Part shown: positions 1-14,123 of the stretch, piece after piece
Layout: each line of letters starts with the position of its first letter
Numbering within the stretch: position 1 is the stretch's first letter
Origin: the human T2T-CHM13v2.0 reference genome, Homo sapiens
NCBI RefSeq assembly: GCF_009914755.1
Contig: NC_060932.1
Length of the DNA stretch: 64,000 bases
Reading direction: 5' to 3' (one strand)
Notes under the pieces: model-generated
Database searches by the model: none
What the model was told of the DNA's origin: nothing
The model's input: the letters and a program-made list of their open reading frames with translations, nothing else
Translations under genes and position numbers: made by a program

Positions 1-380
1 AGAAGGACTTTTCTGAAAGCGTTTTGTAATATTCTGTTGTTGTAATGTGCCATGTACTGTCATTGATGAGACCTTAGTTGTCAGTATCATTATTTATTCC
101 CCCCTCAATTAATGTGCTTTTTCTAGGTGGCTTCTAAGTTTTCCTTTTTGTCTCAAATGTTTTGTTATTTTATGATTATATGTTCTGATAGAATTTGTTT
201 TTATTTATCCAGCTCTAGATTCAATATAGTCTTTAGATATCAGGACTCAGGTCATTAAATCTAAAAAATTAATTCAGTCATTATGTCTTCAATTATTGAC
301 TCTTTCTCATTCTTTCTCTTTTTTCCACTGGAAATGATTATATTTAGGAGGGTCTTCTCATTTTAGCCTTCATGTTTCTT

Positions 381-676
381 TCGTCTTTTATTTATTTTTT
401 TTAAGCGGAGTCTCTGTTGCCCAGGCTGGAATGCAGTGGCGCGAGCTCAGCTCACTGCAACTTCCATCTCCTGGGTTCAAGCAATTCTCTGCCTCAGCCT
501 ACCAAGTAGCTGGGCTTACAGGCACCTGCCACCACGCCTGGCTAATTTTTGTAGTTTTAGTAGAGACGGGGTTTCACCATCTTGGCCAGGCTCTTCTTGA
601 ACTCCTGACCTTGTGATCCACTCGCCTCGGCCTCCCAAAGTACTGTGATTGCAGGCGTGAGCCACCATGCCCGGAC
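381..676 (-). mobile_element. Alu (AluS-like)
   Basis: Antisense Alu; imperfect TSD tagc..catgtttctt at about 364-380 and 677-693. Confidence 0.92.
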
Positions 677-1836
677 TAGCATCCATGTTTCTTAACTGGG
701 TTCTTCATGTATTACATCTTTCTACCTCTCTATCTGACATTGTTTCACTTCCTTATATCAGTTTCCAAATCCTCCGTTTTCTTAATAGCTATTTTTTTTT
801 GCCTCAGTCCTGCCTTGATTTGTGTGGAGATCCTAAATATTTCAATTTTGAAGATTTTTATATTATCTGTTGATCTTGATGTGTGAATTTTTGTTTTGCA
901 ATTTAGGTTGATAAGCCCACCCTCAAGGGCAGTGATTGTTCTCATGGGACTTCTGCATGCCCTGAGTTGTAGAGGCATGCATTGGGAGGATGAGAGTATT
1001 TCAGGTTTGCCTCTCCTGGGGCATGAATGTTGTAATGTTTTCCATGCTTGCTCTTTCAGATTTGCGAGTAGTGGAACTGAGCAGCTGAGGTCTGCACTGC
1101 GTGGTGCAGGCCTGTGATTTCTGCATCTCTAGATGATCCTTTTCTTTTCACTTGCCTGAGAAAATTTGCTAGTTGTGTTCTGAAGTGCAGTGGTCATAGC
1201 TTTTAATATTTCCATTAAAGACTACCAGGCTTGGGAAACTGCTCCATTGCAGCTTTCTAACACGTAAAGATCCATGCCCTCAACTCCTTCCAAGCTAGGG
1301 TTATGAAAACCACATCTTTTAGGGTATAAGTAATTCAGCTTTAGCTCTTGTTTTCCCTCTGAGCTTCTAATTTATTTTTTTTTAAATGGTAGAAGGAAAA
1401 CCCTTTGTGACTGTCAATCTTAGTTATGCATACGTTTTTTGTTTTCTTCAGCTTTTCTCTATGTATCTAATAGAAAGGATAAGTTTTACTATTTGTCCAG
1501 TCTGCCAAACTGGTCAGAAGTAAATGTAAGTTTTAATTTACAAACTGCTGCAATTTATATATTAACAAATACAAAACTAACTTGGAGGCTGAAGAACAGG
1601 TTTAGACATTTACAGTTAAATTTACATTAACTTCGAAGTAATTTGAAAAACCTCTGCTATCTTGATACTCTTGATTCTCTACTAGAGAATTTACATTTTG
1701 TACTATATGTTGCATTTGGTGTTTGAGTAAAAAAGAATGCTATTTATTTGCATGCCCCACATATTTAAATAATTAGTTTTGGTGCTATAAAATGGCCTGT
1801 TTTTCATTCTCAAAGTAGGCAAGCTCTTAGTGTTAA

Positions 1837-2176
<340 letters not shown>

Positions 2177-2230
2177 AATTTATTTTTAATAATAGATATT
2201 TAATATATATTGTTTTTAATTTATTTTTAG

Positions 2231-2269
2231 ATCCAAATCAGAAGATAGTGCTGAAGCATATACTAGCAG
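2231..2269 (+). CDS. ADAM32: ADAM32 third-to-last exon (39 nt, phase 2-2), Ser-rich cytoplasmic tail (SKSEDSAEAYTS-R)
   Basis: tttttag acceptor and GTAAGC donor at 2270; translation matches the recalled ADAM32 C-terminus and splices in frame to the next two exons. Confidence 0.93.
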
Positions 2270-4212
2270 GTAAGCAGGATAGAAAGTGTTACTTATAAAT
2301 AAGTATGTTGAAAATTCAGAATGAAAAAGTTGATAATTCACAAATAATTGCTCAACATTTTTTGAGCAGCCACAATCGATAAAGTCTACACCAAACCCAA
2401 CTTATTAATATTTCCCATTCTACAAGCATTAATTAATTCCATTAATCTTTTTTCTTCAGTTGACTAAATTTTTGTTGATTGCCTACTCTTGTGGTACATA
2501 AGAAATAAGCTAGTGAAATTTAATAAGAGACAAATATTTATGATTACTTTGTGAAACTAAATCATAAGCTGAACATTTTGCATCCTTTATTCTGGGATAC
2601 ACAAAGGGGAAATAGTACTTTTTCAGGTTGCATTTACACCCCCAAAAACTCAATGTGAACAACTGAGCGAATGATTATTTCCACTTAGGAAGAGTTTAGG
2701 AGACAGTATTATAAACACACTAAAATTCTACATTTCCCACAGATCCTCAATGTCCCACACCTATGTTAACAAGGGTTCTCTGAACTCGTTTAGAGAAGCT
2801 TTTGGTTTCCTACACCCCACAGTTGTGGCTTTGTGATCCTTCTGAAGTTATCAAATATTTACTGCTATGTTCGTCATGGTTTCTCCATTGTAGAGTTTTC
2901 ATTTTCTTATATTGCCTAGTATTTTTCCTTAAAGTGACCTCTTTGAGTTACATTCAACCCACTGCTATTCCAAAATATCCTTTATACACACAGATTAAAT
3001 TTTCTAGGCTACACCAAAACATTATATGGTTTGTATTTTCCCCAATGAAGGCACCCCATCCATTAGGAAAGCTACAGTATTTCTGTCTCCTTTATCCTTT
3101 CTGTTGTTCTTGGATGTCTCCTAACATAAGCACCCTTTTACAGTCATCAGTTACTTTCTCTAAGCTATGTTTGAGAAAAAAGCTGATTTTCTTTGTTGTC
3201 TCCACTCTCCGTCACTGTCACCAAGGGAGTTGTGATAGAGTGCTCAAACACTGCAATTCTCCCAATCTTCTGCTCACCTAGAAGCATTACTCTCCTTTTA
3301 GGCTCTGAAATCACTTGAGGGTCAAGTCCATGTTTATTTTCCCTACCTATTTATAGGTAGCATCTTGCAGGGTTAATGCTCAATAAATACTTGCTTAACG
3401 AATGAGTGGTTTCTCTTGAAGTTCACATATGCACATATAATTCTTAGTGGTGTAACTACTCTAATTGTCCCCTTACATTATCTCTCCTCATAAAATATGC
3501 CATAATCATATCATAATCATCCTTTTTAAAAGTAATAAATTCAACTAGATTGAGGGATAGACAAGGGCATCATCTATAGGGTAATATACACTGGATTTGG
3601 GGAGTATAATTTGGAATGTTAACCCATTATTCTAACTTTGTGTTTAGCATACCCAGAAAGGTATTTGGTGATTATTCTTTCACTTAAACTTAGTAAGCTA
3701 AGCAGACATAGTTGCTGTCCTTTACTGTTAGAGCATTTACTGTATTTTCTTGTATTTCTGTTCCTTTTACATTTATATTTTTAGTATTTTTGTTGCCGTT
3801 GGGAAGCCAGTGGGAGATGTTGGTAGAGCCAATTCCTTGGGTAAACATAATGAAACAATATATTTTTTTAAGCCAGAAATCTAATGGGTGTACATTTCAG
3901 TAGACTCATATGTCTATAAATACAGATCTTTTTATTGGTTTGGGAGATAACTAATTATATTAAATAAGAATGTTTCATGGTCAGAGTAGTAGGAAAAATC
4001 AACAGTAAGTTTTGAAGATATAAAATAGCAAAGGTAGGGAAAGGACGAAAGAAGTAAAATTGTGCATTATCACTGAATACTCTCACTTATATTGTATTAT
4101 CTTCTCTGTGAATTAATCTTGATTAATTTGTCTTCAGTTCATTCTTTTTCTCCCCCATTCTTTTAGTTAGGGGATTAGAAATAAGGAATCTGTGTATATA
4201 AAAATGGAAAAG

Positions 4213-4530
4213 ACTGGGTGTGGTGGCTCACATTACAAAATGCTGTAATCCCAGCATTTTGGGAAGCCAAGGTGGGAGGACTGCTTGAGGTCAGGAGTTC
4301 AAGACAAGCCTGGGCAGCAAAGTGAAATCCCATTTCTACAAAGAAATATAAAAATTTGGCTGGGCATGTTGGTGTATGCTTGTAGCCTTAGATATTTGGG
4401 AGGCTGAGGCAGGAGGACATTTGAGCCCCCAGGAGGTTGAGGCTGTGGTGGGCCACAGTCATATTACTGCCCTCTAACCTGAGTGGCAAAGTGAAACTCC
4501 ATCTCTAAAAAAAAAAAAAAAAAAAAAAAA
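4213..4530 (+). mobile_element. Alu (old, AluJ-like)
   Basis: Diverged Alu with poly(A); TSD aaaatggaaaaga. Confidence 0.9.
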
Positions 4531-4680
4531 ATGGAAAAGAGGTAGAAATTTGGCAAATATTTCTTTTTTAGTACAACTTTGAACGGAAAGAGGAAGAAAT
4601 TGCCATAACAAATAAATACAACATAAGTTTGACAGGTTGTATTATATCAGCCTAAAAATGTTATTTCCTTATTTCCTTAG

Positions 4681-4719
4681 ATCCAAATCACAGGACAGTA
4701 CCCAAACACAAAGCAGTAG
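4681..4719 (+). CDS. ADAM32: ADAM32 penultimate exon (39 nt, phase 2-2), SKSQDSTQTQSS-S
   Basis: ttccttag acceptor and GTAAGT donor at 4720; in frame with neighbouring exons. Confidence 0.93.
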   Translation: MQITGQYPNTKQ

Positions 4720-4828
4720 GTAAGTATATTAGAAGGTGTTTCTTAAAATAAATACATGTATAAAATTAAAATAAAACTCATAATCCACTATTAATTCCTA
4801 AGTATGGACTGGGTAGATGAATTGGTAA

Positions 4829-5169
<341 letters not shown>

Positions 5170-5455
5170 TAAATGACCTAGCTTCAAATGACCAATCTTT
5201 ATTAATCTTGTTACTAATGAGTATTTAAATAACTTAGTCTGTTTTTTTTCAGTTTAGTAAAGTTCTCTTAAGTTTATTGAGAACTTGCTCTTGTTGATAG
5301 AATAGAATTAAAGAGTTGTACCTACAAGATGTAAGATCTGTAAATTTGTTTATAAAACAAATCTGTAATCAGGACCATTTTATTCATTAGGCAGCATAGG
5401 CTATAATGCTTCAGGTCTATGAATTTTCAAAGATCAAAAGGCCAAAATACTGTTA

Positions 5456-5520
5456 TACACACACACACACACGTACACACACACACACACACACACGTAC
5501 ACACACATACACACACACAC
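5456..5520. repeat. Imperfect (CA)n microsatellite
   Basis: Seen directly. Confidence 0.95.
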
Positions 5521-5888
5521 GGAGTAATTGGCTGCAAGGTATGAAAAAAGGAAAATTAATGTGAACTTAAATTTCTAAAACATGTAAAGACATTAACTTA
5601 ATTGTTAAATTCATAAACATTTCATTTTATATGAAAAAATTTTAATTTTTTCATTTGCAAGTACTTCTGATTAAATATGATGGTTCCTCAGAAATCAAAG
5701 AAAAGCATAAAGTAAATAAGTGGCTCATGGTTAAATAATTTCACAGGCAAAATTGTAAACATCCTTTCAATAATTCTTTTTTTCGTGCCACATGAATTTT
5801 CCACTTGGCAATACCTCAGCTGCTTGTACAGTGGGAGGGAATTTGCTGTCAGTACTTTGAGCACGTGTTTTTTTGTTCTCTTCCACAG

Positions 5889-5895
5889 TAACTAG
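5889..5895 (+). CDS. ADAM32: ADAM32 last exon, coding part (completes Ser, then Asn, TAG stop; a second stop TGA follows)
   Basis: Long polypyrimidine tract ending ccacag at 5888, then T AAC TAG TGA, giving the C-terminus ...TQTQSSSN*. Confidence 0.9.
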
Positions 5896-5986
5896 TGATT
5901 CCTTCAGAAGGCAACGGATAACATCGAGAGTCTCGCTAAGAAATGAAAATTCTGTCTTTCCTTCCGTGGTCACAGCTGAAAGAAAC

Positions 5987-6040
5987 AATAAATTGAGTGT
6001 GGATCAATTTGCATGCCAGCGTGTTCGTTTTTTTTCTTCT
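5987..6040 (+). terminator. ADAM32: ADAM32 polyadenylation signal and downstream GU/U-rich element (3'UTR about 120 nt)
   Basis: AATAAA at 5987-5992, followed by gcgtgttcgttttttttcttct at about 6019-6040. Confidence 0.8.
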
Positions 6041-6579
6041 CTTTCCTTTACCCCCGGGGACTACAGTTTTGCAGGTGCAGGGCCCTTAATTGAAAACAGT
6101 CTTCCAAACTCATCTCAGCTGTCCCCGTTCCCACCTGACTCCTCATGAGCTCTTCTCATTGTCTTCTCTGCAGCTCTTCCATGACTCCTGCCCCTGTGCC
6201 CCCTGCCCCATGCCACCCCCTCTGATGTACTGCCTGGGGCCCCAGCTACAGCACCTATTCAATCTTACCCATGACAGGATCTGGGCAGTGTACTGTGTTC
6301 CTCCTTCTGGTCCTTCTCATGGGATTTGGCTGGCTGCACAGAGGTCCAATATATCCAGATATTTGCCCTCCTCATACTCCCCATGACCCCAGCCTGGGTT
6401 TCTGAGGGAGGACTGTTTGTTTCAGGGGTTGTAACTTCCCATCCAGGCCTTTCCTTCTACCCCTCACCTTTCTCTTGTCCCTTGGCCAAGTGACCCACAG
6501 GGTCAAGCCCAGAAGACAGAGAGGCAGCTTCTGAAGGACCCTTAGGCATGGGTCTTAAAGGCAAATATTAAACCCTTGT

Positions 6580-6718
6580 TAGAGTTTGGTATGAGGCTTG
6601 ATAAAATGAATTAGAGAAAGGTTCTCTCATTTTCCATTTTCTGAAATAATCTGAAAAACTTGTTTAGATTTTCAGTTAAATGTTTGTCAAAATTCACCAG
6701 TGAAGTTCTCTGGGACTG

Positions 6719-6749
<31 letters not shown>

Positions 6750-8030
6750 GGCGGGGGGATGATTTTAAATTACAGATTCAATTTATTAAATAGAGAACTA
6801 TTCAAATTTTCCATTTATTCTTGTGATAGGTTTTTTCAGGCACTGTATTTTTAAAAAAAGTTTATCCATTTTATTTAATGATTAGACTTGTGGCCTAATG
6901 TTGTTCATAATATTCTTTTTTATGTCTATAGGATCTATAGTTATGTCCCCTCTTTCATTCCTTGTAATAATAAGGTTTTTTTTTCCTCTCATCAGTCTCG
7001 TGAAGAGTTTATCTAGTTAATTAATTTAAGAATCTCTCCAGAACCGCTCTTGACTTTGTTATTTTTCTCTATTACATCTCTGTTTTCTACTTCATTGATT
7101 ACACATTTTATTAATTTGTTTTTCTTCTACCTTCTTCAAGTGAAAGTTTAGATCAATGATTTTAAATCTTCTTTTCTAATGCATTTAAAGGTATAAGTTT
7201 GTCCTATGTACATTTTTAGCTCCATTCCACATATTTTATGTTGTGTCCTCATTATAGTTCAGGTCAAAATATTTTCAGATTTTTATTTTGATTTCTCTTT
7301 TGAGTTATAGATTATGTAGAAGCCTGTTTAAATCCAAATATTGGTATTTTTTTAGCTCACTTTTTCCTTATTGTTTTCTCAATGGTGACCAGAGAATATA
7401 TTTATATAATCTCAATGTTTTAAAATTATTTTCTTGAGTTGGTTTAGCCTATGATATATTTTGTTGCATGTTCTGTGTGTACTAAATAAGTACATGTGTA
7501 TTTTGCTGTTGCTGAGTATATAAATGTTAATTAAGTCATTTGTTGACAGTGTTCTTGAAATCTTGTTTTTTCCTCTTGTTCTATCAATTCTTGAGAAAGA
7601 TGTGTTGAAAGTGCCAACTATTGTTTTTTATTATTGTTGTTATGTAACTTGTTTTACACACATTAATTGTATTTCATGTATTTTGGAGTTACATTTTAGT
7701 GCATGCATCTTTAGGACTATTATGTTTTCCTAATGAATTGGCTATTTATCATTATGCAATTCTCGTTGTTGTCTCTAGTAATACTCTTAATTTTGAATTC
7801 TGATTTTGTGATAGTAGTATTGCCGTGCAGCTTTTTTTTTTTTATTGGCAGCTTTTTAAAGTTAGTCTTTGCACGGGGTATCTTTTTCATTCTTTTACTT
7901 CCATTGCATATTTTCTTATATTTAAGGTGTATCTGATGTACAGAGTATGCAGTTGGTTCTTGTATTTTTTAAAAAATCCAGTCTGACAATGTTTTTAAGT
8001 TGGAGTGCTTAAAAGCATTCATATCTGTTT
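6580..8030 (-). mobile_element. Old L1 (L1M-type) ORF2 remnant, resuming at about 12215-12780 and 13380-13860
   Basis: Antisense L1-like T-rich sequence (aattcaccagtgaag, gtgttgaaagtgccaactatt); ORF 12440-12778(-) resembles a decayed ORF1 C-terminus. Confidence 0.7.
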
Positions 8031-11000
8031 ATTTTTGTTTTTAATTGACACATAATAATTGTACATATTTATGACATAAGTGTGATGTTTCAATACGTAT
8101 GGACATTTCATAAAAAATAAAATGAGTGTATTTAGCATATTTATCTCCTTATACATTTATCATTTATTTGCAGTGAGAACATTCAAAATCCTCTCATCTA
8201 GCTGTTTGGAAATGCAATTGGTCCTCCATATCTACGGGTTCCACATCCATGGGTTTCCAGGTTTCTGTGTGTTGCCATAAATGACAGATTTCTTTTTTAT
8301 GGCTGAGTAGTATTCCATTATGTATATATATGACATTTTCTCTATCCTTCCATCCATTGATAAACACTTAGGTTTACTCTACATCTTGGCTATCTTGAAT
8401 AGTGTTTCAATAAACATAGGAGTGCAGGTGTCTCTTCTTCATTGACTCATTGGTTGTTCAGGAGCACTTTGATTAATTTGCATATATTTGTAAACTTTCC
8501 TAGTTTTACACCATCATGGTCAGAAAACATTACTTGACATGATTTCAGTTGTAAATTTGTTAAGACTTGTATTGTGGCCTAATATATTATCTAACCTGGA
8601 GAATGTTTTATGTGGTGATAAGAATGTGTATTCTGCAGCTATTGGAGGGAATGTTCTGTAAATGTGTGTTAGGTCCAGAGCTGGTCTGTTGGTCTAGAGT
8701 TACAGTTTAAATTCAGTGTTTCTTTGTTGACTTTCTGTTTGGATGATCTGTCCTTTACTATTAATGTATTGCAGTCAATTTCTCCCCTTAAATTAATTAA
8801 TATTTGCTTTATATATTTTGGTGCTCCAATTTTATGTGCTTATATATTTGTGATTGTATATCCTCTTGCTGAATTGACCCCTTTATTTTGTAATGACCTT
8901 CTGTGTGTCCTTTTTTATGGTTTTAAATTCCAGTTCTATTTTATCTAAGTATAGCTATCCCTTCTCTCTTTTGGTTTCCATTTGTGTGGAATATCTTTCT
9001 CCATCCCTTCACTTTCGGTTGTTTGTGTCCTTATCAGTGAAGTGAGTCTCTTGTAGGCAGCATATATTTGCATCTTCTTTTTTAATCTATTCAGCCATTC
9101 TGTGTCTTTAATTGGAGAATGTAATCCATTTACATTCAAGGTAAGGTCCTACTACTGCCATTTTGTGAATTTTTTCAAATGGTTTTATAGTTCCTTCCTT
9201 CCTTCCTCTCTTACAGTCTTCCTTTGTGATTGAATGATTTTCTCTAAGAGAATGTTTTGATTTCATGCTTTTTATTTTTTTGTGTATTTACTTTGTGGTT
9301 ACCAGGAGGCTGAACAAAAAGTCTTGGAGATACAATAAGTTATTTCAAGCTGAAAACAACTTAACTTTGATCTAAATAAAATGAAGACTGTATATTTTAA
9401 CCCTACCCCCCTTACATTACATTCTGAATTTCTGATGTCACAATTTACATCTTTTTATATTGCATGTCCCTTAACAAATTATTATAATTATTTTTGATAG
9501 TTTTGACTTTTAACTTCTATACTAAATGTATAAGTGTGATTTACAATCCATCATTATAGTATTAGAGTATTCTGAACTTGACTGTGTACTTATTTTACCA
9601 GTGAGTTTTATACTTTCATATGTTTTTGTGTTACTATTAGTGTCCTTTTCTTTTGACTTGAAGAACTCCCTATGTGTTTCCTGTATGGCATATCTAGTGG
9701 TGATACATACCCTCAGCTTCTTTTTGTCTGGGAAAATCTTTCACCTTCATTTCTGAAGAAAAGCTTTGCAGTATAAAGCATTAGTTGACATTTTGGTTTT
9801 TTCTTCAGCACTTTGAATATATTATTCAATTCTCTCCTGGCTTGTTTCTGCTGAGAAATCTGCTGATAGTTGTATTGGAACTTCTTTGTATGTAATCTGG
9901 TTTTTATCTCTTGATGTTCTAGAATTTTTCTTCATCTTTGATTTTTGATAGCTTAATTATTATATGTCTTGATGAATTCCTCTTTGGTTTGAATTTGATT
10001 GAGATGTCTGTGCTTCTTGCGTCTGGGTACTGGTATCTTCTCTAGATTAGGGAAGTTTTCAGCCATTTTTCTTTATATATGCATTCTGGCCCCTTTTCTC
10101 TTTATTCTCTTTCTGCAACTCCTATTGTGCAAAAGCTTGGTCCCATATGTCCATATACTTTCTTTATTCTTTTTGCTCATTTGAATGGATGATTTCAAAA
10201 GCTCTGCCTTCCATCTCACTGATTCTTTCTTCTACTTGATCAATTCTGCTATTAAAGATTTGTTTTAAATTTTTCAGCTCAGTGCTTCTATTCTCTATCT
10301 CTAGGATTTCTATCTTTTTTTTGGTTTTTATTTATTTGTCAGTCTTGCGTTTTCCATGTTACTGTTTTCCAAATTTCATTTAATTTTTCTCTCTATATAT
10401 TCCTGTAGTTCACTGAACTTCTTTATGAGTGTTACTATGAATTGGCATTCATTTAATAGCTGTCCATATCTTTGGGGTTTGCCACTGGAGCTTTATTAGT
10501 TTCTTTTAAAGGTGTTATGATTCCATGATTTTTTTGTACTTCTCTTATCCTTACATTGTTGTCTGTACCTTTGAGGAGAGATTCATATCTTCTGGCCTTA
10601 CGTGTGTTCTTTGCCAGGTATAGAGCTCCACTAATTAACTAGTCTGTGATTCTGAAAGGGCTAGCTGGTGGTGACACCAGAGAGGTAAGACTTGTTGTGG
10701 GTTTTCAAGTTGCCTGGGCTGCTGCTGTTGCTCCAATATCAGAGGTGGCTACTATCTGAGCTCCAGTGACTGGTGAGACCACTGGCTGCGCTCTGCTATT
10801 AGGCAGAGCTGCTGGCCAAGTACTCTGATGGCCTCTGATCAGGCTGGTCACAAGATGTCTTCCCTGGCTGGGCAATTTTGCTATTTTCTATCTGTATTTG
10901 AACAGGGCTGCAGGTGTGTTCTGAGGTTAGGTGGTGTTGCTGCTCTGGAGAGGAAGGATCTGAGGCTATGGTCCCTAACAATGTGTGATTGGGGATATGC

Positions 11001-12215
11001 TTCCCTCTTTGGCTGGAGCTGTGGGATGAACCTTTAGCTGAGTTGAATGGCTGTTTGACCTCAAGCAGGACTAGCTCCTACATTTCTCCAAATGCATACA
11101 TACAGGTGGGAGTCTCCCTGCATGGGTGATGTCTTTGGGAGGACTTTTTGGCTTTGTGGAACCACTGCATGCCTTCCTGTGTCAAGCTGTTATAGCCTCT
11201 ATGCTTCTCTGAGAACCACGGAGGTGGAAATATCCCTGCCGAGGCAGGGTCTTTGGGTAGGCTTTTTGGTTGTGTGAAGCCACTGCTTGCCTTCCTGGTT
11301 AAAGCCAGTGTAGCTCTTTTGCTTGCCTGAGGTCACTGGAGGTGGGAGTCTTCCTGCCTTGGTGTGGTTATTGGGCAAGCTGTTTGGCTGTGTGGAGCCA
11401 CTGCTTACCTTCGTAGGTCAAAGTGGTGTAATCTCTTTATTTTTCTGAGATCTGCAAAAGTGTGAGTCTGTTGGATTGGGTGGGATAATTGCTCTGGCTT
11501 TTTGGCTGTGTGGAGCTACTGCCTGCCTTCCTGGGCCAAGCCAGTGTAGTCTTTTTGCTTCAGAGATCCATGGCAGTGGCAGTCTCTCTGCCTTCGTGGG
11601 GCTATTGGGATGGGTGCTGAGGCTGGGCAGGGAAACAACCAGTCTAGGAGCTGAAGCTAGACTGTGCTTCCTTCCATGCCTCTAAAGGTGACTAACTCAG
11701 TTTGGCACATGTGCTATGGGACTGGCTGATATCTAATGGAGCACCACAGTTGGCAAGAATGCAGAGGTACCACCAGGATCCATGTGCTGGTTGCTTTCTT
11801 TTTTTCTAACTGACTCCCAGGCATTCAAGTCATGTCATTTCCTTTAGTGTTCTCTCTGAAGCAAGTTCCAAGTAGGTGTTTTGAGAAGTGTCTTGGTATG
11901 CTAGAGAAGCTGGATGTCTGCCTCCTATTCTATTTTTCTCCTGTAGAAACAGAGACAGTTAGGGAAACCCTCTCTGTCTGGTGCTATGCCAATTTGGGGG
12001 GCGAGGTGGGAGCATAGTCAGAGTGAGACTGTTCCTCTTACCCTTCTAATTCAGACTTTGTTCAGTTTTACATATCATGCAGGTGTCTCCAGCTTGTTTT
12101 CAGGTGTTGGGGTTTTCCAATCTGTGGATGTTGCTGGTTAAATTTTGTTGTGGGGCTAGTGGGTAGTGGAGCTCAAGACTTCTTACTTCACCAACCATCT
12201 TGCTGACATCATTCC
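8030..12215 (-). mobile_element. L1MA-like element (3' end, large internal ORF2 deletion near 8437, endonuclease, ORF1, 5'UTR) nested in the older L1
   Basis: ORF 8945-9139(-) NVNGLHSPIK is the L1 endonuclease N-terminus; candidate TSD agcattcatat / agcatttatat. Confidence 0.8.
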
Positions 12216-13119
12216 TAGCATTTATATTTAAATTAATTTCTGATATTATTGATTTTAAGTCTATCAGTTTCTATTTTTCTATTTCTCTCATCTTTTTTGT
12301 TCTTTTGCTTTTTCCTTCTGTACTTATTTCAGGTTAATTGAGCGCTAATCTGATTTTTTTCTGTTCTATGGGCTTTGTAGCTCATTATTAATAATATTTG
12401 GTGTTTACTCTAGAGATTACAGTATGGATTCTTAATGTATCAAAGTCTACCTTGAATTAATATTATCCTACTTAACAAACAACAAAAGAATTTTGTATCA
12501 GTATGATTCCTAATACTTCCTTCTACCCTTTGTATTATTACATTTAATTGTATGTGTGTTATAAATTCTGACATATTGCTATTATTTTTACTTGAAACAG
12601 TCAGTAGTGCTTTGAAAAAGCTTAAATAGTCTTTTACATTTACTCCATGTTTATTCTTTCTGGTGTTGTAGATTTCTTCTTGTAGCTTTGTGCTTCCATC
12701 TGGAATCACTTTCCTCACCCTGAATAACTTTCTTTGGTATTCTGTGCAGTGTATTTTGGATGGTGGCAAATTCTGCACACTTTTATTCTGTTAGAAAAAA
12801 TTTTATTTACTTTCTTCTTGGTAAGATACAGTTATTATGATTTGTAATCCAATCTTGCACCACTTTTATTTTAAAGATAGATAAGAGGTTTATAAAAAGA
12901 ACAACTTACTCAAACCCATGTTTTTCCTATTATTGCCTGTGGCCTTATGGATTAAGACAAGTGCCTCTAGAAGGGGAAAATGTAGGACAGGAAGGCCACA
13001 TCTGCACGTTTTCAGGAAAATCCTCTACCTGACACTCAAATGACAACATTCCTTTCATTGATAGTATTTCACATCATTTTTATTTTGCTTTCTTACTTCC
13101 TCTTGTGCCTTCCCATGGC

Positions 13120-13380
13120 CTCTAAGGCTCAGCCTGTCTGTCTCCTGCTTGTCTCCTAGTCTTCTTTCTGTTCCATAAAAACCAGCCACACTGGCCTCCT
13201 TAACAAGCCAGTTTTATGCCCATCTGAGGCCTTTTGCACTTGCTGTTTCTTCACTGTGGAATGTTCTTCACCAGTTCCTGTCATGCCTGTCTTCCTCTCA
13301 TAATTCACGTCCCACTCAAATGTTTCCTCCTAGAGGTGAGCACTCAACTACAGTGCCCTCACCTGTCACTCCCCATTGTG
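13120..13380. mobile_element. L2-like fragment
   Basis: ccagccacactggcctcc...ttgcacttgctgtt...tggaatgttctt resembles the L2 3' region. Confidence 0.55.
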
Positions 13381-13985
13381 CATAGAATTCTAGATTGGCA
13401 TTTTTTTCCTTTGGCACTTTATATTTATTTCTTCTTGGTTTCATTATTTCTGCTTAGAATGAGTTATTATTCATGTTTTTGTATGTTGGATTGTAATATA
13501 CCTTCCATCACACCTCTTCAGTTGCTTTTAAGATGTTTCCCTTTGCTGTGGCTTCTGAAAATTTGATCATGATATGCTTACATGTGGTTTTCTTTGAATT
13601 TATCCTTCTTTGTGTTTACCTAACTTCTTTGATCTGTTGCTTAATGTCTCTCCACAATTATGGAAAATTCTCAGACATTAAGAATCTTTCTTTTGCCTCA
13701 TTCTCCTTAAGTGACTAAAATTATACAACTTCTTGCTCATTTAATATTGTTTCATGTGTCTCTGAAGTCTTGCTCTGTTTTATTTTTTATTTTTCATTAT
13801 TTTTTCCCTTTGCTGCTTAGTTTGAATAAGTTTTGTTGACCTGTCTCAAGTTCACTGATTATGAATTTATGTATTTAACTGTAAACTGACAACTTATAAT
13901 TGTGTATATTTATGGGATACAGAGTAATGTTATGACTCATGAATACAATGTGCAATAAATAAATCCAATTAACATGTCCATCACC

Positions 13986-14123
13986 AGGCTGAGGCTGGAG
14001 AATGGCGTGAACCCGGGAGGCGGAGCTTGCAGTGAGCCCAGATCGCACCACTGCACTACAGCCTGGGCGACAGTGCATGACTCCGTCTCAAAAACAAACG
14101 AACAAACAAACAAACAAACAAAA
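13986..14123 (+). mobile_element. 5'-truncated AluY-like right arm with (CAAA)n tail
   Basis: Perfect 15-bp TSD aacatgtccatcacc at 13971-13985 and 14124-14138. Confidence 0.93.

Noticed and set aside
2802-3281. 159-aa intronic ORF
   Set aside because: TTG start, no recognisable domain, composition typical of T-rich intron
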